Source: an uncultured Chloroflexia bacterium
GTDB taxonomy: Bacteria > Chloroflexota > Limnocylindria > Limnocylindrales > CSP1-4
DNA length: 64,000 nucleotides
Assembly: GCA_963728605.1 (NCBI GenBank)
Contig: CAVSKS010000009.1
Coordinates: 397,447 to 461,446 of the forward strand
Reading direction: 5' to 3'
Shown here: positions 63,543 to 64,000 of the stretch, piece by piece
Layout of the letters: the number at the start of each line of letters is the position of its first letter
How positions within the stretch are numbered: the stretch's first letter is position 1
Notes under the pieces: model-generated
Seen by the model: the letters and a program-made list of their open reading frames with translations, nothing else
What the model was told of the DNA's origin: nothing
Database searches by the model: none
Made by a program: the position numbers and the translations under genes

Positions 63543-63998
63543 TCAATCGCCGACGGGGAACGATCCGCCGTCGAAGAACTCGAAGGCCGGAAACTCGCCC
63601 GTCGCGCAGATGAATCCCACCGCTCCGGCGGGCAGGCCGAGGAAGGCGGTCGTCTCGCTGCCCGGCCCGGCCGTGACGCCATCGCCGACCTGGATGATCC
63701 AGTCCGGCACCTGGACGTCCGGGTCCGCGAGATCGACCGAGTCGACGAACTGGAGCACGTCCGACCAGGTCTTTGGCTCCTCGACGCCGGCGATCAGGAC
63801 CGAAACCACCGACGCGGCGTCGTTCGCCAGCACGATTCGGGCGACGCCGCTTCGATCGATCGCCGGCTCGACCTGGCAGGTCGTCCCGTCCCATCGGACC
63901 ATGACGTCGCCGACGACGGTGAACGGCTGGGGCCGCGGGTCGCCTCGCCGGAGGGCGGTGAGGAGTGATGCCATGAAGGTGTCGGCATCGGCCGACAT
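63543..63998 (-). CDS. hypothetical protein (151 aa as seen; the true start may lie beyond the window edge)
   Basis: Minus-strand ORF convergent with the glpP-like pair. No family recognised. Confidence 0.4.
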   Translation of the reverse strand: MSADADTFMASLLTALRRGDPRPQPFTVVGDVMVRWDGTTCQVEPAIDRSGVARIVLANDAASVVSVLIAGVEEPKTWSDVLQFVDSVDLADPDVQVPDWIIQVGDGVTAGPGSETTAFLGLPAGAVGFICATGEFPAFEFFDGGSFPVGD

Positions 63999-64000
63999 GG

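Noticed and set aside
1-64000. CRISPR arrays, rRNA, tRNA, tmRNA, RNase P RNA, IS elements
   Set aside because: There are no short direct repeats with regular spacers. No T-loop (GGTTCGAAT-like) or other conserved RNA cores appeared in any spacer longer than 100 nt. No transposase-like ORFs or terminal inverted repeats were seen by manual inspection. A covariance-model scan would be needed for certainty.

Overview
Very GC-rich window (about 70% by eye), densely packed with about 58 protein-coding genes. I recognised no rRNA, tRNA, CRISPR array or IS/transposon. Most of it is housekeeping core, in synteny blocks typical of high-GC Gram-positive-type lineages (Actinomycetota/Chloroflexota-like; this placement is inference only). 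The blocks are: murE' fragment; relA; hisS/aspS; typA; iscS-mnmA; alaS-(2 extra genes)-ruvX-mltG-pepP-efp; xseAB; dxs-tlyA-nadK-recN-xerD; and M50-HD-scpA-scpB-rluB-(hyp)-cmk::plsC-(island)-ispH-der. Many gene junctions are 1- or 4-nt stop/start overlaps. Several operon-first genes have a TAnnnT hexamer 6-9 nt upstream of the start codon and no Shine-Dalgarno, which suggests leaderless mRNAs. The main non-core region is 15.8-26.7 kb. It holds a 1459-aa MBG-repeat surface protein, followed by three secreted proteins that share a triple Cys-containing SLH-like C-terminal module. One of the three is a clear lysyl-oxidase (LOX) homologue and another is a PQQ/GSDH-type beta-propeller. Other points of interest: an FtsA/PilM-like actin-fold ATPase plus a bitopic baseplate-J-like membrane protein wired into the alaS-ruvX-mltG operon; two apparent 1-nt frameshifts at homopolymer runs; a twin GGAACC-N5-GGTTCC palindrome upstream of xseA; a cmk-plsC fusion ORF; a lower-GC orphan island and a relic der 5' fragment flanking ispH; and tandem GlpP-family paralogues. 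All family calls come from motif recognition by eye. No database search was run.
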